From NCBI RefSeq assembly GCF_030684315.1, contig NC_081397.1:13230421-13294420 (forward strand): 64,000 nt of DNA. The letters are read 5' to 3'. Source of the stretch: Stegostoma tigrinum. Taxonomy: Eukaryota. The notes under the pieces are model-generated. The model searched no databases, was not told where the DNA came from, and saw only the letters and a list, made by a program, of their open reading frames with translations. This document shows positions 63,005 to 64,000 of the stretch, one piece after another; positions within the stretch are counted from its first letter, which is position 1, and every line of letters starts with the position of its first letter. Position numbers and translations under genes: made by a program.

Positions 63005-64000
63005 AAGATAGTAAAATGTGAGGCTGGATGAACACAGCAGGCCAAGCAGCATCTCAGGAGCACAAAAGCTGACGTTTCGGGCCGAGACCCTTCATCAGAG
63101 AGGGGGATGGGGTGAGGGGGACCTGGAATAAATAGGGAGAGAGGGGGAGGCGGACCGAAGATGGAGAGAAAAGAAGATAGGTGGAGAGAGTGTAGGTGGG
63201 GAGGTAGGGAGGGGATAGGTCCGTCCAGGGAAGACGGACAGGTCAAGGAGTTGGGATGAGGTTGGAGGTAGCTGGGGGTGCGGCTTGGGGTGGGAGGAAG
63301 GGATGGGTGAGAGGAAGAGCCGGTTAGGGAGGCAGAGACAGGTTGGACTGGTTTTGGGATGCAGTGTGGGCGGGAAGAGCTGGGCTGGTTGTGTGGTGCA
63401 GTAGGGGGAGGGGACGAACTGGGCTGGTTTAGGGATGCAGTAGGGGAAGGGGAGATTTTGAAACTGGTGAAGTCCACATTGATACCATTAGGCTGCAGGG
63501 TTCCCAGGCGGAATATGAGTTGCTGTTCCTGCAACCTTCGGGTGGCATCATTGTGGCAGTGCAGGAGGCCCATGATGGACATGTCATCTAGAGAATGGGA
63601 GGGGGAGTGGAAATGGTTTGCGACTGGGAGGTGCAGTTGTTTGTTGCGAACTGAGCAGAGGTGTTCTGCAAAGCGGTCTCCAAGCCTCCGCTTGGTTTCC
63701 CCAATGTAGAGGAAGCCACACCGGGTACAGTGGATGCAGTATACCACATTGGCAGATGTGCAGGTGAACCTCTGCTTAATGTGGAATGTCATCTTGGGGC
63801 CTGGGATTGGGGTGAGGGAGGAGGTGTGGGTCAAGTGTAGCATTTCCTGCGGTTGCAGGGGAAGGTGCCGGGTGTGGTGGGGTTGGAGGGCAGTGTGGAG
63901 CGAACAAGGGAGTCATGGAGAGAGTGGTCTCTCCGGAAAGCAGACAGGGGTGGGGATGGAAAAATGTCTTGGGTGGTGGGGTTGGATTGTAAATGGCGAA
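63005..64000 (-). mobile_element. Young Penelope-like element running off the window end
   Basis: ORF 62926-63843 has NVVYCIHCTRCGFLYIGETKRRLGDRFAEH (GIY-YIG). pLTR present. Confidence 0.92.
63069..63098 (-). ncRNA. Minimal hammerhead ribozyme core in PLE terminal repeat
   Basis: ctgatgaagggtctcggcccgaaacgtcag. Only the stem-II loop differs from the other intact copies. Confidence 0.7.

Overview
Eukaryotic DNA from a vertebrate, most likely a cartilaginous fish (inferred from the shark-type H1/H2B tails and the CR1/Penelope-rich repeat landscape). The window is part of a loose replication-dependent histone cluster: two H1, one H3.2, one H2A and two H2B genes, all intronless with 3' stem-loops, and no H4. 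Around them lie many CR1 LINE fragments, one almost full-length CR1 with both ORFs open, Penelope-like (GIY-YIG) retroelements whose terminal repeats carry minimal hammerhead ribozyme cores, SINEs and a degenerate 49-bp tandem repeat. Three observations stand out. (1) CR1 ORF2 has no AUG before its endonuclease domain. It overlaps ORF1 in the -1 frame exactly at a tandem slippery site G_GGU_UUA_AAC_UAG, suggesting gag-pol-like -1 ribosomal frameshifting in a non-LTR element. (2) An unannotated spliced gene family is interleaved with the histone genes. It has an NRF1/AP-1 CpG promoter, an invariant 64-nt first coding segment (MERPAPREAREQQAPSSSASR) with a GTGAGT donor, repeated ~80-nt cassette exons and satellite-filled introns, in three copies plus one copy lacking exon 1. 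(3) One H2B carries two cysteines, and the two H1 genes appear homogenised by gene conversion. All alignments and identities were made by eye and need computational confirmation.
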